A DNA stretch of 64,000 bases from an uncultured Bacilli bacterium (lineage in GTDB: Bacteria; Bacillota_I; Bacilli_A; RF39; UBA660). Position 1 is the first letter of the stretch; every line of letters starts with the position of its first letter. Positions 10,577 to 22,971 of this stretch are shown piece after piece. The stretch lies in contig CAKPLY010000003.1 in NCBI GenBank assembly GCA_934167825.1, forward strand, positions 65,059 through 129,058, written 5' to 3'. Position numbers and translations under genes: made by a program. The notes beneath the pieces were generated by a model. The model was given only the letters and a program-made list of their open reading frames with translations. It did not search any database and was not told the origin of the DNA.

Positions 10577-10603
10577 GAAAAAAGAATAAGAAAAACTTAT
10601 TCT
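10577..10603 (-). terminator. Intrinsic terminator at the end of the ribosomal super-operon
   Basis: AGAATAAG (10583-10590) / CTTATTCT (10596-10603) hairpin overlapping the rplQ stop, then a T-run on the minus strand. Confidence 0.6.
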
Positions 10604-10941
10604 ACTACTTCTAGGATAACCATTAATGCATTATCCCCTTTTCTTTCTTGCATTTTAATTATTCTTGTATATCCACCATTTCTATCTTTGAAACGTGGTG
10701 CTAATTCATAAAATACTTTATCTACACATTTAGCATCATTATGTAAAAACGCTAATGCTTTTCTTCTTGAAATTAATGTTCCTTTTTTTGCATAAGTTAT
10801 CATTTTATCAAAACTTTTTCTAACTTCTTTTGCTCTAGTTTCAGTTGTAACTATTCTTTCATTTTCAATTAGTTGTTTTGTTAAAGTTGCTAACATGCTT
10901 CTTCTATGCTTGTTATCTACGCCTAATTTTCTATAAGCCAT
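10597..10941 (-). CDS. rplQ: 50S ribosomal protein L17
   Basis: Full-length L17-like translation in the conserved position after rpoA. Confidence 0.96.
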   Translation of the reverse strand: MAYRKLGVDNKHRRSMLATLTKQLIENERIVTTETRAKEVRKSFDKMITYAKKGTLISRRKALAFLHNDAKCVDKVFYELAPRFKDRNGGYTRIIKMQERKGDNALMVILEVVE

Positions 10942-10958
10942 AGTTCTTCCTCCTTACT

Positions 10959-11915
10959 TTAGTCTTCTTTTCTAAATGATAATCCCATATCTTTTACTTT
11001 GTCTAAAACTTCTTTTAGTGATTTTTTACCTAGATTTCTTATTTTCATCATTTCATTTTCTGATTTATCTACTAAATCTGCTAATGTTAAGATGTTTGCT
11101 CTTTTTAGGCAATTGTATGCTCTTACAGAGAAATCTAAATCATCAATTGATGTTTCTAACATTTTAGAATTTGGATCTTCAGTATTTGATATCATTAATC
11201 CAGTTTCGTCTGCTATTTCATTTAAGTTTGCAAGTACTTCAAAATGTTCAATTAAAATTCTACTTGCAAGTGCAATTGATTCTTCTGGAGTTATTGAACC
11301 ATTTGTCCAAACTTCCATAATTAATTTATCATAGTTATTATTTTGTCCAACACGTGCATTTTCAACTTCGTAGTTGATTCTTTCGATTGGACTATATAAA
11401 CTGTCAATTGCGATTACACCTGGTTTAGATTTTGTATCTAGAATTTTTTTGTTGTCATCTGCTCTTGTGTATCCACGACCAGATCCAATAGTAAATTCCA
11501 TATTTAAACTACCACCTTCAGCAAGTGTTGCAATAACTTGTTCTGGATTAAATATTTCAATATCAGCATCTTTTTCAATATCTGCAGCTGTTACTACTCC
11601 TGGAGTACTTACTGATAGTCTTAATTTTTTGTTCTCATCACTTGAATGATTTTTTAGTACAATACTTTTTAAATTTAAAACTATTGCTGTAACGTCTTCA
11701 ATTACTCCATCAATTTTTTGAAATTCATGCGCTACACCATCGATTTTTACACTTGTTATAGCATCTCCTGGAAGACTTGATAACATTACTCTTCTTAGAG
11801 CGTTACCTAGAGTCGTTCCAAATCCTCTTTCTAATGGTTCAATTTCAAATTTTCCGTAATGGCTACTTTCAATATATTCTTTTACTTTATAATTTGGTTT
11901 TTCAAATTTTAACAT
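10959..11915 (-). CDS. rpoA: DNA-directed RNA polymerase subunit alpha
   Basis: MLKFEKPNY... with GNALRRVMLSSLPG. C-terminal domain VRAYNCLKRANI. ATG 11915 is preceded by an AAAGGAG RBS. Confidence 0.96.
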   Translation of the reverse strand: MLKFEKPNYKVKEYIESSHYGKFEIEPLERGFGTTLGNALRRVMLSSLPGDAITSVKIDGVAHEFQKIDGVIEDVTAIVLNLKSIVLKNHSSDENKKLRLSVSTPGVVTAADIEKDADIEIFNPEQVIATLAEGGSLNMEFTIGSGRGYTRADDNKKILDTKSKPGVIAIDSLYSPIERINYEVENARVGQNNNYDKLIMEVWTNGSITPEESIALASRILIEHFEVLANLNEIADETGLMISNTEDPNSKMLETSIDDLDFSVRAYNCLKRANILTLADLVDKSENEMMKIRNLGKKSLKEVLDKVKDMGLSFRKED

Positions 11916-11936
11916 TTTAAACACTCCTTTTTTATT

Positions 11937-12320
11937 TTATCCACGACGTCTTTTTGGTGGACGGCATCCATTATGTGGAATAGGTGTTACATCTGTTATT
12001 GTTTTTACTTCTAGTCCTGCAGTTTGAAGTGCTCTAGTTGCAGCTTCTCTTCCTTGACCTAACCCTTTTACAAATACGTCAACAGTTTTCATTCCCATTG
12101 CAACTGCTTCTCTACCTGCTTTTTCAGCACTTGCACCAGCAGCAAATGGTGTAGATTTTTTGCTTCCTTTAACGCCTTGAGTTCCTGAAGCTGCCCAACT
12201 AATAGTGTTTCCTTCTTTATCTGTTATTGTAACTATTGTGTTATTAAAAGTTGAGTGAATATGTACAACTCCATGTGGAACATTTTTCTTAACTTTACGT
12301 TTTCTTGCTTTATAAGCCAT
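11937..12320 (-). CDS. rpsK: 30S ribosomal protein S11
   Basis: [18 protein letters not shown] and C-terminal [17 protein letters not shown]. Confidence 0.97.
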   Translation of the reverse strand: MAYKARKRKVKKNVPHGVVHIHSTFNNTIVTITDKEGNTISWAASGTQGVKGSKKSTPFAAGASAEKAGREAVAMGMKTVDVFVKGLGQGREAATRALQTAGLEVKTITDVTPIPHNGCRPPKRRRG

Positions 12321-12339
12321 AAAAAGTCCTCCTTAATTA

Positions 12340-12705
12340 TTATTTTTTCTTGTTAGCAACAACTTTTCCTTTACCTTTACGAGTTCTTGCGTTTCTATTT
12401 GTTCTTTGTCCTCTTACTGGTAAGTTTCTTTTGTGTCTAGTACCTTGGTAAGAATTAATTTCCATCTTAGTTTTGATGTTCATGTTGACTTCTCTTCTTA
12501 GTTCACCTTCAACAGTGTGTTTGTCAATTTCTTTTCTTAATCTAGCAATTTCGTCTTCAGTTAAATCTCTTGCTTTAGTATTAACATCAACATTTGCATT
12601 TTTAAGAATAGTTTTTGCTAAATTTCTTCCTATACCATAGATATATGTTAAAGATATTTCTATTCTTTTATCATTTGGTATATCAACGCCTTTAATACGT
12701 GCCAT
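12340..12705 (-). CDS. rpsM: 30S ribosomal protein S13
   Basis: [10 protein letters not shown]...SLTYIYGIG signature. Confidence 0.97.
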   Translation of the reverse strand: MARIKGVDIPNDKRIEISLTYIYGIGRNLAKTILKNANVDVNTKARDLTEDEIARLRKEIDKHTVEGELRREVNMNIKTKMEINSYQGTRHKRNLPVRGQRTNRNARTRKGKGKVVANKKK

Positions 12706-12721
12706 AAATCATTTCCTCCTA

Positions 12722-13057
<336 letters not shown>

Positions 13058-13065
<8 letters not shown>

Positions 13066-13816
13066 TTTTACCCTCTCCCGTTAGTATTTCATAACCATCT
13101 TTTGTTACTGCTACTGTGTGTTCAAAGTGTGCTGATGGTTTATTATCACCTGTTATTATTGTCCAATCATCATCTAGCATAAATACTTGTCTAGTTCCTA
13201 GATTAAGCATTGGTTCTATTGCTATTACCATTCCTTCTTTTAGAATAGGTCCTGTGCCTTTTTTTCCATAGTTTGGTACATCTGGTTCTTCATGAACTTT
13301 TGTTCCGACGCCATGTCCAACTAATTCTCTCACTACTCCAAGTTTATGTTTTGTAGCATAAGTTTCTATTGCACTTCCTATATCACCAATTCTTGCCCCA
13401 GGTTTTATTTGTTCAAGTCCTTTATATAATGCTTGTTCAGTATGAAAAAGTAAATACTCTTTCTTTTTAGATATGCTACCTACTGCATAACTCCATGCTG
13501 AATCTCCATGATATCCTTTATAGCAAGCTCCTATATCGATACCTATTATATCTCCTTCACGTAAACGTCTATTTGATGGTATACCATGTACTACTTCTTC
13601 ATTTATTGAAGTACAAATACTACCTGGAAAACCATTATAGTTTTTAAATGATGGAGTTGCTCCTTGACTTCTTATAAAGTCTTCTGCTAATTTATCTAAT
13701 TCTTTTGTAGTTATACCTGGTTTTACATAATCTTTTAAATACTGATGTGTAAGATATACAATGTGACCAGCATGACGTAAAAGTTCTATTTCATATTCAC
13801 TTTTTATACTAATCAT
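13058..13816 (-). CDS. map: Methionine aminopeptidase type I
   Basis: Metal-ligand context: [22 protein letters not shown]. Confidence 0.95.
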
Positions 13817-14471
13817 TATTGATAATCTCCTCTAAATTTGAAAATATATCTTGAGCACTAAGGTTATCTAGTACTTTAATTTCTCTTAATATATTTTTTT
13901 CCTTGTAATAATTTATTAAATCTAATGTTTTATTCATGTATGTATCAAATCTTGTCATAAATGATTCTGCATTATCATCACTTCTTTGTTCTAATTTGCT
14001 TCCACATTTGTTACAAATTCCTTCTAAAGTTGGTTTTAATTCATTTACTAATAAATTATAACTTGTTCCACAATTTGGACATTCTATTCTACTTAATGTT
14101 CTTTTCATTGCTAAATCTTTATCTATATCAAAAAATACTACTATGCCTATATCTTTGTTTAGACTTTTTAATAATTCTTCATATATTTTAGCTTGTTCTA
14201 TATTTCTTGGGTATCCATCTAGTATGTAACCATTATTACAATCTTCATTCATTAATCTTAATTTAAGAAGTGTTGTTATAATTTCATCACTTACTAATCT
14301 ACCTTTAGAAATGGTTTCTTTTATTGTCTTTCCTAATTCTGTTTCTTTAGTTGCTTCTTCTCTTAAAAGCTTACCAGTTGAGATGTGAGGAATATTATAT
14401 TTTTCATGTAGCATTTTTGCTTGTGTCCCTTTTCCTGCAGCAGGTGGGGCAATAAATATAATATTCTTCAT
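13809..14471 (-). CDS. adk: Adenylate kinase (zinc-lid type)
   Basis: P-loop PPAAGKGTQ. Lid with CPNCG...CNKCG. Confidence 0.95.
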   Translation of the reverse strand: MKNIIFIAPPAAGKGTQAKMLHEKYNIPHISTGKLLREEATKETELGKTIKETISKGRLVSDEIITTLLKLRLMNEDCNNGYILDGYPRNIEQAKIYEELLKSLNKDIGIVVFFDIDKDLAMKRTLSRIECPNCGTSYNLLVNELKPTLEGICNKCGSKLEQRSDDNAESFMTRFDTYMNKTLDLINYYKEKNILREIKVLDNLSAQDIFSNLEEIINND

Positions 14472-15733
14472 TATCTTACTCCTTTATAGTTTCTATTAAT
14501 TAAACTACTTTCTAATTGCTTATAAGTTTCAAGAGCAACTCCAACAACGATTAATAGCCCTGTTCCACCAATACTTACACTTGTTGGTAAATTCGTTGAT
14601 ATAAAACTACTAAAAATTATTGGTATTGCAGCAATTATTGCAATGAATGTTGTACCTAATAAGGTAATTCTACCTAAAATAGTTTTAATATAATCTTTTG
14701 TTTCTTTTCCTGGTCTTATTCCTGGGATGTATCCACCTTGTCTATTTAAATTTTTTGATAATTCTTCTGGATTAACTTGTAAGAATGTATAGAAAAATCC
14801 AAATACAAAGATACACACTAAATATATAATAAATCCAATTGGAGTTGAATAGTTTAAGTATTTTTGTACAAATAGTGTAAATCCACTTTCACTTTTTAAT
14901 AAACCTGCAATAAATGCTGGAATAGAAAATACTACTGAAGCAAATATTACTGGCATAACTCCTGCAGAATTTAATTTAAATGGGATATAATTTTGTTTTG
15001 CTCCATATGCACTACTTGTTTGATTAGAATATTGTATTGGAATTCTTCTTTCAGATTCTTCAACAAATATGATACCTACAATTATTGCAATATATAATAG
15101 TATAAATAAGATAAAACTTATTATTCCTACAAATTTACTTGTAGTAGCACTTACTATTAATGTATCATATGTATCAATAAACATTTTTGGAATAGTTAAT
15201 AAGATACCCGCCATAATTATAAGAGATATTCCATTTCCTAATCCTTTTTGTGTTATTTGATCTCCTAACCATAATAAGAATGCTGTTCCTGCTGTTAAGA
15301 TTGTTGCTATTTTTATATAATCTAGTGCAGTTCCTTTTTGTACAAAAGCAAATGCCATTGCAAATCCTTGGACAAATGCTAAGACTATACCAATATATCT
15401 ATTAATTTGATTAATCTTTTGTCTTCCAGCAGCGCCACTTTCTTTAAGTTCTGTAAAATATGGTATTATATCCATTTGTAATAGTCCTGTAATAATTGAT
15501 GCTGAGATGTAGGGCATTACTCCTAAAGCAAATATTGAAAAGTTCTTTAGGGCTCCTCCACCTATAGCATTATATAATTCCCATAGTCCTAATCCTGATA
15601 TTGCACCTTGTGTTCCAGGAACAGGTATTGTTGTACCTACACAAAATATCATTAGACCAAATAAAGTAAATAATATTCTACTTCTTAAGTCTTTGTTTTT
15701 AGGACTAAAGATTAGTTTTAGATTTTTAAACAT
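14471..15733 (-). CDS. secY: Preprotein translocase subunit SecY
   Basis: 420 aa polytopic protein in the conserved position between rplO and adk. Confidence 0.95.
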   Translation of the reverse strand: MFKNLKLIFSPKNKDLRSRILFTLFGLMIFCVGTTIPVPGTQGAISGLGLWELYNAIGGGALKNFSIFALGVMPYISASIITGLLQMDIIPYFTELKESGAAGRQKINQINRYIGIVLAFVQGFAMAFAFVQKGTALDYIKIATILTAGTAFLLWLGDQITQKGLGNGISLIIMAGILLTIPKMFIDTYDTLIVSATTSKFVGIISFILFILLYIAIIVGIIFVEESERRIPIQYSNQTSSAYGAKQNYIPFKLNSAGVMPVIFASVVFSIPAFIAGLLKSESGFTLFVQKYLNYSTPIGFIIYLVCIFVFGFFYTFLQVNPEELSKNLNRQGGYIPGIRPGKETKDYIKTILGRITLLGTTFIAIIAAIPIIFSSFISTNLPTSVSIGGTGLLIVVGVALETYKQLESSLINRNYKGVR

Positions 15734-16177
15734 CTAAATCACCTCTGTTTTTCCACCATTGTTTTCTATTTTTGTTTTAGCAGAAAGAGAGAATTTATTT
15801 GCTTTAACAGTTAATTTTTTTGTTAACTCTCCATTACCTAAAACCTTAATCCCGTCTAATTCTTTTGTTACTAAACCAGTTTCAATTAATAATTCTGGTG
15901 TTACTGTAGTTCCATCTTCAAATCTGTTTAAATCACTTACATTTACTGTTGCATAAACAGTTCTAAATTCATAATTGTTAAATCCTCTTTTTGATAATCT
16001 TCTAAATAGTGGTAATTGTCCTCCTTCGAAGCCAACTCTAACTCCTCCACCACTTCTTGCATTTTGTCCTTTATGTCCTTTTCCACTTGTTTTTCCAAGT
16101 CCACTTCCTGCTCCACGTCCAACTCTTTTTCTAGTTTTTACTGAACCAGGATTTGGTTTTAATTCGTTTAATTTCAT
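15734..16177 (-). CDS. rplO: 50S ribosomal protein L15
   Basis: [12 protein letters not shown]...[21 protein letters not shown]. Confidence 0.96.
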   Translation of the reverse strand: MKLNELKPNPGSVKTRKRVGRGAGSGLGKTSGKGHKGQNARSGGGVRVGFEGGQLPLFRRLSKRGFNNYEFRTVYATVNVSDLNRFEDGTTVTPELLIETGLVTKELDGIKVLGNGELTKKLTVKANKFSLSAKTKIENNGGKTEVI

Positions 16178-16770
16178 TATCCTCTAATCTCCTCTATTGT
16201 TTTTCCTCTAAGTGCAGCAATATGTGCAGGTGATTTTTGGTCTTTAAGAGCATTTAATGTTGCTCTTGCCATATTAATTTTTGTACTTGATCCAAGTGAT
16301 TTAGAAAGAACATCTTTAACTCCAGCAAGTTCTAATACGTCTCTTACTGGTCCTCCAGCTTTTACTCCAGTACCTTCTGCAGCAGGTTTTAACATTACTT
16401 TTGATGCGCCAACTTTTACTGTGATTTCATGAGATATTGTACGATTATCAATTAATTCAACATTTACTAGATTTTTACTAGCAGCAAGTGTTGCCTTTTT
16501 AACTGCATCTGGCATTTCTTTTGCTTTTCCAGTTCCTAAGCCAACTTTTCCTTTTCTATCTCCAACTACTACTGTTGCAGAGAAACGGAATATTCTTCCA
16601 CCTTTAACAACTTTTGTAACACGATTAATGTCAATAACTTTTTCCTCTAATGTTTTTTGAGGTCTGTTATTTGTAAACTTTCTTGGTTTACGATTTTCTT
16701 TGTTATCTTTATTGTTTTTAGGTGAAACTTTTTCTTTAACGTTTTCTTTTTCTTTAACGTTTTCGTTCAT
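16177..16770 (-). CDS. rpsE: 30S ribosomal protein S5 with an N-terminal Lys/Asn/Glu-rich extension
   Basis: The conserved core starts near [19 protein letters not shown]. It is preceded by an extension of roughly 40 aa containing the tandem repeat [12 protein letters not shown]. Confidence 0.95.
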   Translation of the reverse strand: MNENVKEKENVKEKVSPKNNKDNKENRKPRKFTNNRPQKTLEEKVIDINRVTKVVKGGRIFRFSATVVVGDRKGKVGLGTGKAKEMPDAVKKATLAASKNLVNVELIDNRTISHEITVKVGASKVMLKPAAEGTGVKAGGPVRDVLELAGVKDVLSKSLGSSTKINMARATLNALKDQKSPAHIAALRGKTIEEIRG

Positions 16771-16785
16771 AAGTTTTCCTCCTTA

Positions 16786-17148
16786 TTAGAATTCTAATCC
16801 ATTTTCACGTGCAGATTCTGCAAGTGCTTTAACTCTACCGTGATATAAGTATCCACCTCTATCGAATACTACTTTGTCTATTTTTGCTTTTTTTGCTCTT
16901 TTTGCAATTTCTGCACCAATAATTTTTGCAGCTTCAACATTTCCACCGTTTTTGATGTTTAATTCTTTTTCTAGGCTTGAAGCACTTACTAAAGTTACAC
17001 CTTTAGTATCATCAATTATTTGTGCTGTGATATTAGCGTTTGATCTAAAGACATTTAATCTTGGTCTTTCAGTAGTTCCTGATAAATTTTTTCTAATTCT
17101 GTTATGTCTTTCTAAACGCATTTCATTTCTTGAAACTTTCTTTATCAT
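16786..17148 (-). CDS. rplR: 50S ribosomal protein L18
   Basis: [24 protein letters not shown] and C-terminal [17 protein letters not shown]. Confidence 0.96.
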   Translation of the reverse strand: MIKKVSRNEMRLERHNRIRKNLSGTTERPRLNVFRSNANITAQIIDDTKGVTLVSASSLEKELNIKNGGNVEAAKIIGAEIAKRAKKAKIDKVVFDRGGYLYHGRVKALAESARENGLEF

Positions 17149-17170
17149 AAGTCTAAATCTCCTTTACTTA

Positions 17171-17710
17171 TTATTTAGAAGCTTTTTTACCTTCTTTACG
17201 ACGAATATGTTCACCTTTAAGTTTGATTCCTTTACCTTTATATGGTTCAGGTGCTCTTACTTTTCTTATATTTGCCGCAAATTCACCAAGTGCAACCTTG
17301 TCAATTCCAGAAAGTTCAATTTCAGTGTTACTTGTTTGTTTTACGCTTATTCCGTTTGGAATATCCATTTTAACAGGATGAGAGTATCCAGCGTTTACTA
17401 CAAGTGTGTTTCCTTGAACATTGAAACGGTAACCAACACCAACTATTTCTAGTTCTTTTTTGTAACCTTCACTAACACCTTTGATCATGTTATTAATGTT
17501 AGCATTTGTTGTACCGTGCATTTGGTTAGTAAACTTATCATCTTTTAATTTTTCAACAGTTACTTCGTTTCCATTTACATTAACACCGATTGTTTTAACT
17601 AGATCTAGTGATAATTCACCTTTTGGACCTTTTACTTTAACTGTTTTATCTTCAACTGTAACATTAACGTTTTCTGGTAGTACTAATACTCTTTTTCCAA
17701 TTCTACTCAT
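17171..17710 (-). CDS. rplF: 50S ribosomal protein L6
   Basis: MSRIGKRVLVLPENV... full-length L6. Confidence 0.96.
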   Translation of the reverse strand: MSRIGKRVLVLPENVNVTVEDKTVKVKGPKGELSLDLVKTIGVNVNGNEVTVEKLKDDKFTNQMHGTTNANINNMIKGVSEGYKKELEIVGVGYRFNVQGNTLVVNAGYSHPVKMDIPNGISVKQTSNTEIELSGIDKVALGEFAANIRKVRAPEPYKGKGIKLKGEHIRRKEGKKASK

Positions 17711-17719
17711 AATATCCTC

Positions 17720-18112
17720 CTACCAAATGTAAGCAATTACTTCTCCGCCAACGCTTAACTTACGAGCTTCTTTGTCAGTCATAACGCCTTTTGGAGTAGA
17801 TATAATAGCTATTCCTAAACCATTCAATACTCTTGGTAAATCTTCAACTTTTGAGTATACTCTTAATCCTGGTTTAGATACTCTTTTTAATCCTGTAATT
17901 ACTTTTTCTTTCTTTTGACCATATTTTAATGTTAATGTTAGTGTTTTTTGATTTTCATTTTCTTCTATACTATATTCTTCAATGAAACCTTCATTCTTCA
18001 ATATTTTAGCGATTTCTTCTTTCATTTTAGAAGTTGGCATGCTAACAGTTTTTGAATGATTTTGGTTTGCATTACGAATTCTTGTAAGCATATCTGCGAT
18101 TGGATCTGTCAT
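17720..18112 (-). CDS. rpsH: 30S ribosomal protein S8
   Basis: [15 protein letters not shown] signature. Confidence 0.97.
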   Translation of the reverse strand: MTDPIADMLTRIRNANQNHSKTVSMPTSKMKEEIAKILKNEGFIEEYSIEENENQKTLTLTLKYGQKKEKVITGLKRVSKPGLRVYSKVEDLPRVLNGLGIAIISTPKGVMTDKEARKLSVGGEVIAYIW

Positions 18113-18143
18113 TAAAATCCCTCCTTCTTATTTTAAGGTATTT

Positions 18144-18329
18144 CTACCAACTTGATTTTTTAACGCCAGGTATTTGTCCCTTATAAGCTAATTCTCTGAA
18201 ACAAATACGGCAAACACCAAACTTACTCATAACTGCATGAGGTCTTCCACATCTTTTGCAACGTGTATATTCTCTTACTTTGTATTTTGGCTTTCTTTGT
18301 GACTTTACGATCATTGATTTTTTTGCCAT
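18144..18329 (-). CDS. rpsN: 30S ribosomal protein S14, zinc-binding type Z
   Basis: 61 aa with CKRCGRP...CRICFRE cysteine pairs. Confidence 0.96.
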   Translation of the reverse strand: MAKKSMIVKSQRKPKYKVREYTRCKRCGRPHAVMSKFGVCRICFRELAYKGQIPGVKKSSW

Positions 18330-18340
18330 TGTTTTCCTCC

Positions 18341-18880
18341 TTATTTCCTAAAAGGAACTCCAAGTTCTTTTAATAAATCATAAGCTTCTTCATTAGTCTT
18401 TGCAGTTGTAACAATAACAATGTCCATTCCTCTTACTTTAACTACTTCATCAAAATTAATTTCTGGGAATATTAATTGTTCTTTTATACCTAATGTATAA
18501 TTTCCTCTTCCATCAAAACTTTTTGGAGATACACCCCTAAAATCTCTTACACGTGGAAGTGCTATAGATATTAATTTATCTAGGAATTCATACATATTAT
18601 CTCCTCTTAAAGTAACTTTACATCCAATTTTGTGTCCTTCTCTTACTTTAAAAGATGCAATAGATTTTTTTGCTTTTGTTTCTATAGGTTTTTGACCTGT
18701 AATTTTTTCCAAGTCAGCAAGTGCTGCTTCTAGCATTTTTGAATTTGCTACAGCATCTCCAACACCAATGTTAACTACTACTTTTTCAATTTTTGGTACT
18801 AGCATAGGTGTTTTGTAACCATGTTTTTCTGTTAAACTTGGAACAACTTCATTTCTATACTTTTCTTCTAGGCGGTTCAT
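18341..18880 (-). CDS. rplE: 50S ribosomal protein L5
   Basis: Full-length L5 ([11 protein letters not shown]...[10 protein letters not shown]). Confidence 0.96.
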   Translation of the reverse strand: MNRLEEKYRNEVVPSLTEKHGYKTPMLVPKIEKVVVNIGVGDAVANSKMLEAALADLEKITGQKPIETKAKKSIASFKVREGHKIGCKVTLRGDNMYEFLDKLISIALPRVRDFRGVSPKSFDGRGNYTLGIKEQLIFPEINFDEVVKVRGMDIVIVTTAKTNEEAYDLLKELGVPFRK

Positions 18881-18900
18881 ATAGACGCCCTCCTTCCAAA

Positions 18901-19212
18901 TTAGTCAATCTTTTGATTAGATTTTTTTGATATTCTAATTTTTTTGCCTTTTTCATCTTTTTCTATTTTTACTCTAGTTGGCTTTTTAGTCTTTGGATCT
19001 AGTAACATAACATTTGATGCATGAATTGGTGCTTCTACTTCTATGATTTCACCATTTCCACCATTGTTTTTAGGTTTTAGATGTTTCTTTCTTAAATTAA
19101 CACCATTAACTACTACTTTATTCTCTTCTTTTAGAATTTTAGCAATTGTACCTTCTTTACCTTTATTTGATCCAGAAATAACTACAACTTTATCACCTGT
19201 TTTTAGTTTCAT
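18901..19212 (-). CDS. rplX: 50S ribosomal protein L24
   Basis: [24 protein letters not shown] motif. Confidence 0.95.
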   Translation of the reverse strand: MKLKTGDKVVVISGSNKGKEGTIAKILKEENKVVVNGVNLRKKHLKPKNNGGNGEIIEVEAPIHASNVMLLDPKTKKPTRVKIEKDEKGKKIRISKKSNQKID

Positions 19213-19240
19213 GATATTTCCTCCTTATTAGTTTATAGGA

Positions 19241-19609
19241 TTATAGCACATCTTTAGCTAAACTTACTATTTTTGTAAATTCTTTATCCCTAAGTTCACG
19301 TGCTACTGGTCCCAAAACACGAGTTCCTACTGGGCTCTTATCATCTTTAATAATTACACATGCATTATCATCGAATTTGATATAGCTTCCGTCTTCTCTT
19401 CTTACTCCAAACTTACTTCTAACGATTACGGCTTTAACAACTTTACCTTTTTTAATATTACCATTAGGAGTAGCTTTTTTTACTGTACCAACAACTATAT
19501 CTCCAATATTTCCCGTTTTAACTTTGCTTCCACCAAGAACTCTTATTACTAATAATTCACGAGCTCCACAGTTATCTGCTACTTTTAATATACTTTCTTG
19601 TTGTACCAT
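19241..19609 (-). CDS. rplN: 50S ribosomal protein L14
   Basis: [18 protein letters not shown] signature; 122 aa. Confidence 0.97.
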   Translation of the reverse strand: MVQQESILKVADNCGARELLVIRVLGGSKVKTGNIGDIVVGTVKKATPNGNIKKGKVVKAVIVRSKFGVRREDGSYIKFDDNACVIIKDDKSPVGTRVLGPVARELRDKEFTKIVSLAKDVL

Positions 19610-19633
19610 CTTTATTTCCTCCTTCCAACTAAA

Positions 19634-19894
19634 TTATAGAACTACAGCTTTTTCAATTACTTCTTTTAGTTCATATCTTTTAGTTTTAGATAATGGTCTT
19701 GTTGCAACTAAACGAACTTTGTCACCAATTTTAGCAACATTTTCTTCGTCATGAGCTGTATATTTTTTAGAATATTTAATTCTTTTTCCATATTTTGGGT
19801 CTTTTTTGTAAGTTTCTACTTTAACTGTAATAGTTTTATTTGCCTTATCACTTACGACAACTCCAACTAATTCACGTTTTAATTCATTATTCAT
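19634..19894 (-). CDS. rpsQ: 30S ribosomal protein S17
   Basis: [19 protein letters not shown]...YTAHDE. Confidence 0.96.
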   Translation of the reverse strand: MNNELKRELVGVVVSDKANKTITVKVETYKKDPKYGKRIKYSKKYTAHDEENVAKIGDKVRLVATRPLSKTKRYELKEVIEKAVVL

Positions 19895-19911
19895 AAGGAC
19901 ATTTCCTCCTT

Positions 19912-20103
19912 TTAACCTTGTGTTTTTTCGGTAAGAATTGTTTTTAATCTTGCAACAAGTTTTCTTAATTCTTTAATTCTTCCTGTGTTTTCAAGACTTC
20001 CTGTTGCTTGTTTCATACGAAGATTAAATAATTCTTCCTTTGATTCGTCAATTTTTTTATTGATTTCTTCAGTGGTTAATTTTCTAATTTCACTATTCTT
20101 CAT
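19912..20103 (-). CDS. rpmC: 50S ribosomal protein L29
   Basis: [18 protein letters not shown]... from ATG 20103 (GGTGA RBS). The track start at 20115 is a GTG. Confidence 0.93.
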   Translation of the reverse strand: MKNSEIRKLTTEEINKKIDESKEELFNLRMKQATGSLENTGRIKELRKLVARLKTILTEKTQG

Positions 20104-20524
20104 TAACTTCACCACTTTCTTCTTTTTTTACAAATTTACATTTGATTGGTAACTTATGTGATGCAAGTCTTAATGCTTCTCTTGCTGTTGCTTCGTCTAC
20201 TTCACCAATTTCAAACATAATTTTTCCTTCTTTTACTACGGCTACCCAAACTTCTGGATTTCCTTTACCTTTACCTTGTCTTGTTTCTAAAGGTTTTTTA
20301 GTTAGTGATAAGTCTGGGAAAATATTAATCCAAACTCTTCCACCACGTTTCATATATCTTGTCATAGCAATACGTGCTGCTTCAATTTGTTGAGAAGTTA
20401 TCCATGCTCCTTCTTTAGCCATTAATCCATAGTTTCCAAAATGAAGTGTTGTATTACCTTTTGCTTTTCCTTCGTATTTTCTACGGAAAGTTTTTCTATG
20501 CTTTGTTCTTTTTGGCATTAACAT
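20093..20524 (-). CDS. rplP: 50S ribosomal protein L16
   Basis: [12 protein letters not shown]-terminus. GGAGG lies 8 nt upstream of ATG 20524. Confidence 0.96.
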   Translation of the reverse strand: MLMPKRTKHRKTFRRKYEGKAKGNTTLHFGNYGLMAKEGAWITSQQIEAARIAMTRYMKRGGRVWINIFPDLSLTKKPLETRQGKGKGNPEVWVAVVKEGKIMFEIGEVDEATAREALRLASHKLPIKCKFVKKEESGEVNEE

Positions 20525-21170
20525 TAGAATTACCTCCCTTTTTGTCTTCTAGTATTTCTCCTTTATAGATCCATACTTTTACACCTATTTTACCATATGT
20601 TGTATCTGCTTCAGCAGTAGCATAATCGATATTTGCTCTTAGTGTATGTAGAGGAATAGTTCCTTCGTTGTATCCTTCACCACGTGCAATATCTGCTCCG
20701 CCTAATCTTCCTGATACTAAAGTTTTAATACCTTTAGCTCCTGCTTTCATTGTATTTCTAATAGCTTTCTTTTGTGCTACTCTAAATGAAACACGATTTT
20801 CTATGTTATGGGCAATATTATCTGCAACTAATTGTGCAACTAAATCTGGGTTTTTAACTTCTACAACTGAAATTTGTACATCTTCATTAACTAGTTTTGA
20901 AATTTCTTTCTTAACTTTTTCTATTTCTACACCACTTTGACCAATTATTAATCCTGGTTTTGATGCATGAATGAATACTTCACATCTTTTATTGTTTCTT
21001 TCAATTATTATTTGTGAAACACCTGCTAATTTGAATTTTTTAAATAAGTATTTTCTCATTTTAACATCGTTATTTAAATATTTAGCAAAATCTTTTTCAG
21101 CATACCATTTACTTTCCCAATCTTTATTGATACCTATTCTAAGTCCCACTGGACTAACTTTTTGTCCCAT
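20496..21170 (-). CDS. rpsC: 30S ribosomal protein S3
   Basis: [13 protein letters not shown] from ATG 21170. ATG 21176 sits too close to the GGAGG RBS. Confidence 0.96.
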   Translation of the reverse strand: MGQKVSPVGLRIGINKDWESKWYAEKDFAKYLNNDVKMRKYLFKKFKLAGVSQIIIERNNKRCEVFIHASKPGLIIGQSGVEIEKVKKEISKLVNEDVQISVVEVKNPDLVAQLVADNIAHNIENRVSFRVAQKKAIRNTMKAGAKGIKTLVSGRLGGADIARGEGYNEGTIPLHTLRANIDYATAEADTTYGKIGVKVWIYKGEILEDKKGGNSNVNAKKNKA

Positions 21171-21184
21171 TAACATTCCCTCCT

Positions 21185-21532
21185 TTACTTATTTTTCTCA
21201 CTTACAATTACTGTAATGTGACTTGTTTTGTGATCATTTCTTCCTACATGTCCCCTTGAATCCATTTTAGGTCTTTTAATTACTAAGCCTTCATCAACAT
21301 AACATGCTTTAACGAAAAGATTTTCTTCTTTTAAATTTAAGTTATTTACTGCATTGCTAGTAGCAGAGTTTAATACTTTTTCTATTACTCTTGCTGCTTT
21401 TTGTGGTTGATTTTTTAATATTGCAAATGCATCAGCTACATTTTTGCCTCTTATTAAATCAATTACTAGACGTGTTTTTCTTGGAGCAATACGTATAGTT
21501 TTTGCTACTGCCTTTGCTTCAGTTTTATCCAT
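21185..21532 (-). CDS. rplV: 50S ribosomal protein L22
   Basis: [25 protein letters not shown]. Confidence 0.96.
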   Translation of the reverse strand: MDKTEAKAVAKTIRIAPRKTRLVIDLIRGKNVADAFAILKNQPQKAARVIEKVLNSATSNAVNNLNLKEENLFVKACYVDEGLVIKRPKMDSRGHVGRNDHKTSHITVIVSEKNK

Positions 21533-21553
21533 TATAATCCTCCTTATAAGTTA

Positions 21554-21823
21554 TTACTTAGCTTTATCTGCGCCGTGTCCACCGAATTTACGAGTTAGTG
21601 AAAATTCACCTAACTTATGACCTACCATATCTTCAGTTACATATACAGGGATAAATTCCTTTCCATTATGAACTGCAAATGTATGTCCAATAAAATCAGG
21701 ATAAATAGTTGATGAGCGAGACCAAGTTTTAATAACTTCTTTTTTTCCAGATTCATTTAGTAATTTTACTTTTTTAAGTAATCTATCAAAGACATAAGGT
21801 CCTTTTTTTAAACTTCTTGCCAT
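21554..21823 (-). CDS. rpsS: 30S ribosomal protein S19
   Basis: [11 protein letters not shown]...[23 protein letters not shown]. Confidence 0.97.
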   Translation of the reverse strand: MARSLKKGPYVFDRLLKKVKLLNESGKKEVIKTWSRSSTIYPDFIGHTFAVHNGKEFIPVYVTEDMVGHKLGEFSLTRKFGGHGADKAK

Positions 21824-21843
21824 TTATTTTCATCCTTTCTTTA

Positions 21844-22674
21844 TTACTTAGTACGACGACTAACGATATATTTACTAGATTGTTTTTTGTTTTTTCTTGT
21901 CTTAAGTCCAAGAGCTGGTTTACCCCATGGAGTCATTGGTCCACTTCTACCGATTGGAGCACGTCCTTCACCACCACCGTGTGGGTGATCGTTAGGGTTC
22001 ATAACAGAACCACGAACTGTAGGTCTAATTCCTTTATATCTTGTTCTTCCTGCTTTTCCTACTTTAACTAGGTTGTATTCTTCATTTCCTACAACACCAA
22101 TTGTAGCGCGACAAGTTCCAAGTATTTTTCTTGTTTCTCCACTTGATAATCTAATTAATACATATTTGTCTTCACGACCTAATATTTGTGCTGAAGTACC
22201 TGCGCTTCTTGCAAGTTGTCCTCCTTTACCAGGTCTTAATTCAATATTGTGAATTACAGTACCAACAGGAATATTTGCTATTTCCATTGTATTTCCAACT
22301 TTAACGTCAGTTTTTACTCCACTTTCAACAATATCTCCAACATTTAATCCGTTTGGTGCAAGTATATATGATTTAACACCATCTTTATAAGTAATTAAAG
22401 CAATATTTGCACTTCTGTTTGGATCATATTCAATTGCACTTACCATAGCAGTAATGCCGTCTTTATTTCTTTTGAAATCAACCAAACGATATTTTCTTTT
22501 AACACCGCCACCACGATGTCTAACAGTAATTTTACCTTGGTTATTACGACCATTAGTTTTTTTCTTAGTTACTACTAGACTTTTTTCAGGAGTTGCTTTG
22601 GTAATTAATTCACTTGTCAAAACACTTCTTTGTCTTGTACCGTTTGTCATTGGTTTATAAACTCTTATTGCCAT
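21844..22674 (-). CDS. rplB: 50S ribosomal protein L2
   Basis: [14 protein letters not shown]...[18 protein letters not shown]. Confidence 0.97.
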   Translation of the reverse strand: MAIRVYKPMTNGTRQRSVLTSELITKATPEKSLVVTKKKTNGRNNQGKITVRHRGGGVKRKYRLVDFKRNKDGITAMVSAIEYDPNRSANIALITYKDGVKSYILAPNGLNVGDIVESGVKTDVKVGNTMEIANIPVGTVIHNIELRPGKGGQLARSAGTSAQILGREDKYVLIRLSSGETRKILGTCRATIGVVGNEEYNLVKVGKAGRTRYKGIRPTVRGSVMNPNDHPHGGGEGRAPIGRSGPMTPWGKPALGLKTRKNKKQSSKYIVSRRTK

Positions 22675-22692
22675 ATTGTTTTCCTCCTTTTA

Positions 22693-22971
22693 TTAGTTGA
22701 AACTAATAGTACTTCCTTTTTCTAATTTAACAATAGCTTTCTTATATTTATTAGTCATACCACTGTATTTTCCAACTCTTTTCTTTTTAGGATGAGAGTT
22801 TGAAGTATTTACACTTAGTACTTTTACATTAAATATTTTTTCTATTGCTTGTTTAATTTGTACTTTGTTTGCTTTTGTATCTACTTTAAATACATATTTT
22901 CCTTCTTGCTCAAGTAATGCACTTCTTTCAGTGATTATAGGTGCGATGATTATATCTCTATAACTATTCAT
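22693..22971 (-). CDS. rplW: 50S ribosomal protein L23
   Basis: 92 aa (YVFKVDTKANKVQIKQAIEKIFNVKV). Confidence 0.95.
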   Translation of the reverse strand: MNSYRDIIIAPIITERSALLEQEGKYVFKVDTKANKVQIKQAIEKIFNVKVLSVNTSNSHPKKKRVGKYSGMTNKYKKAIVKLEKGSTISFN

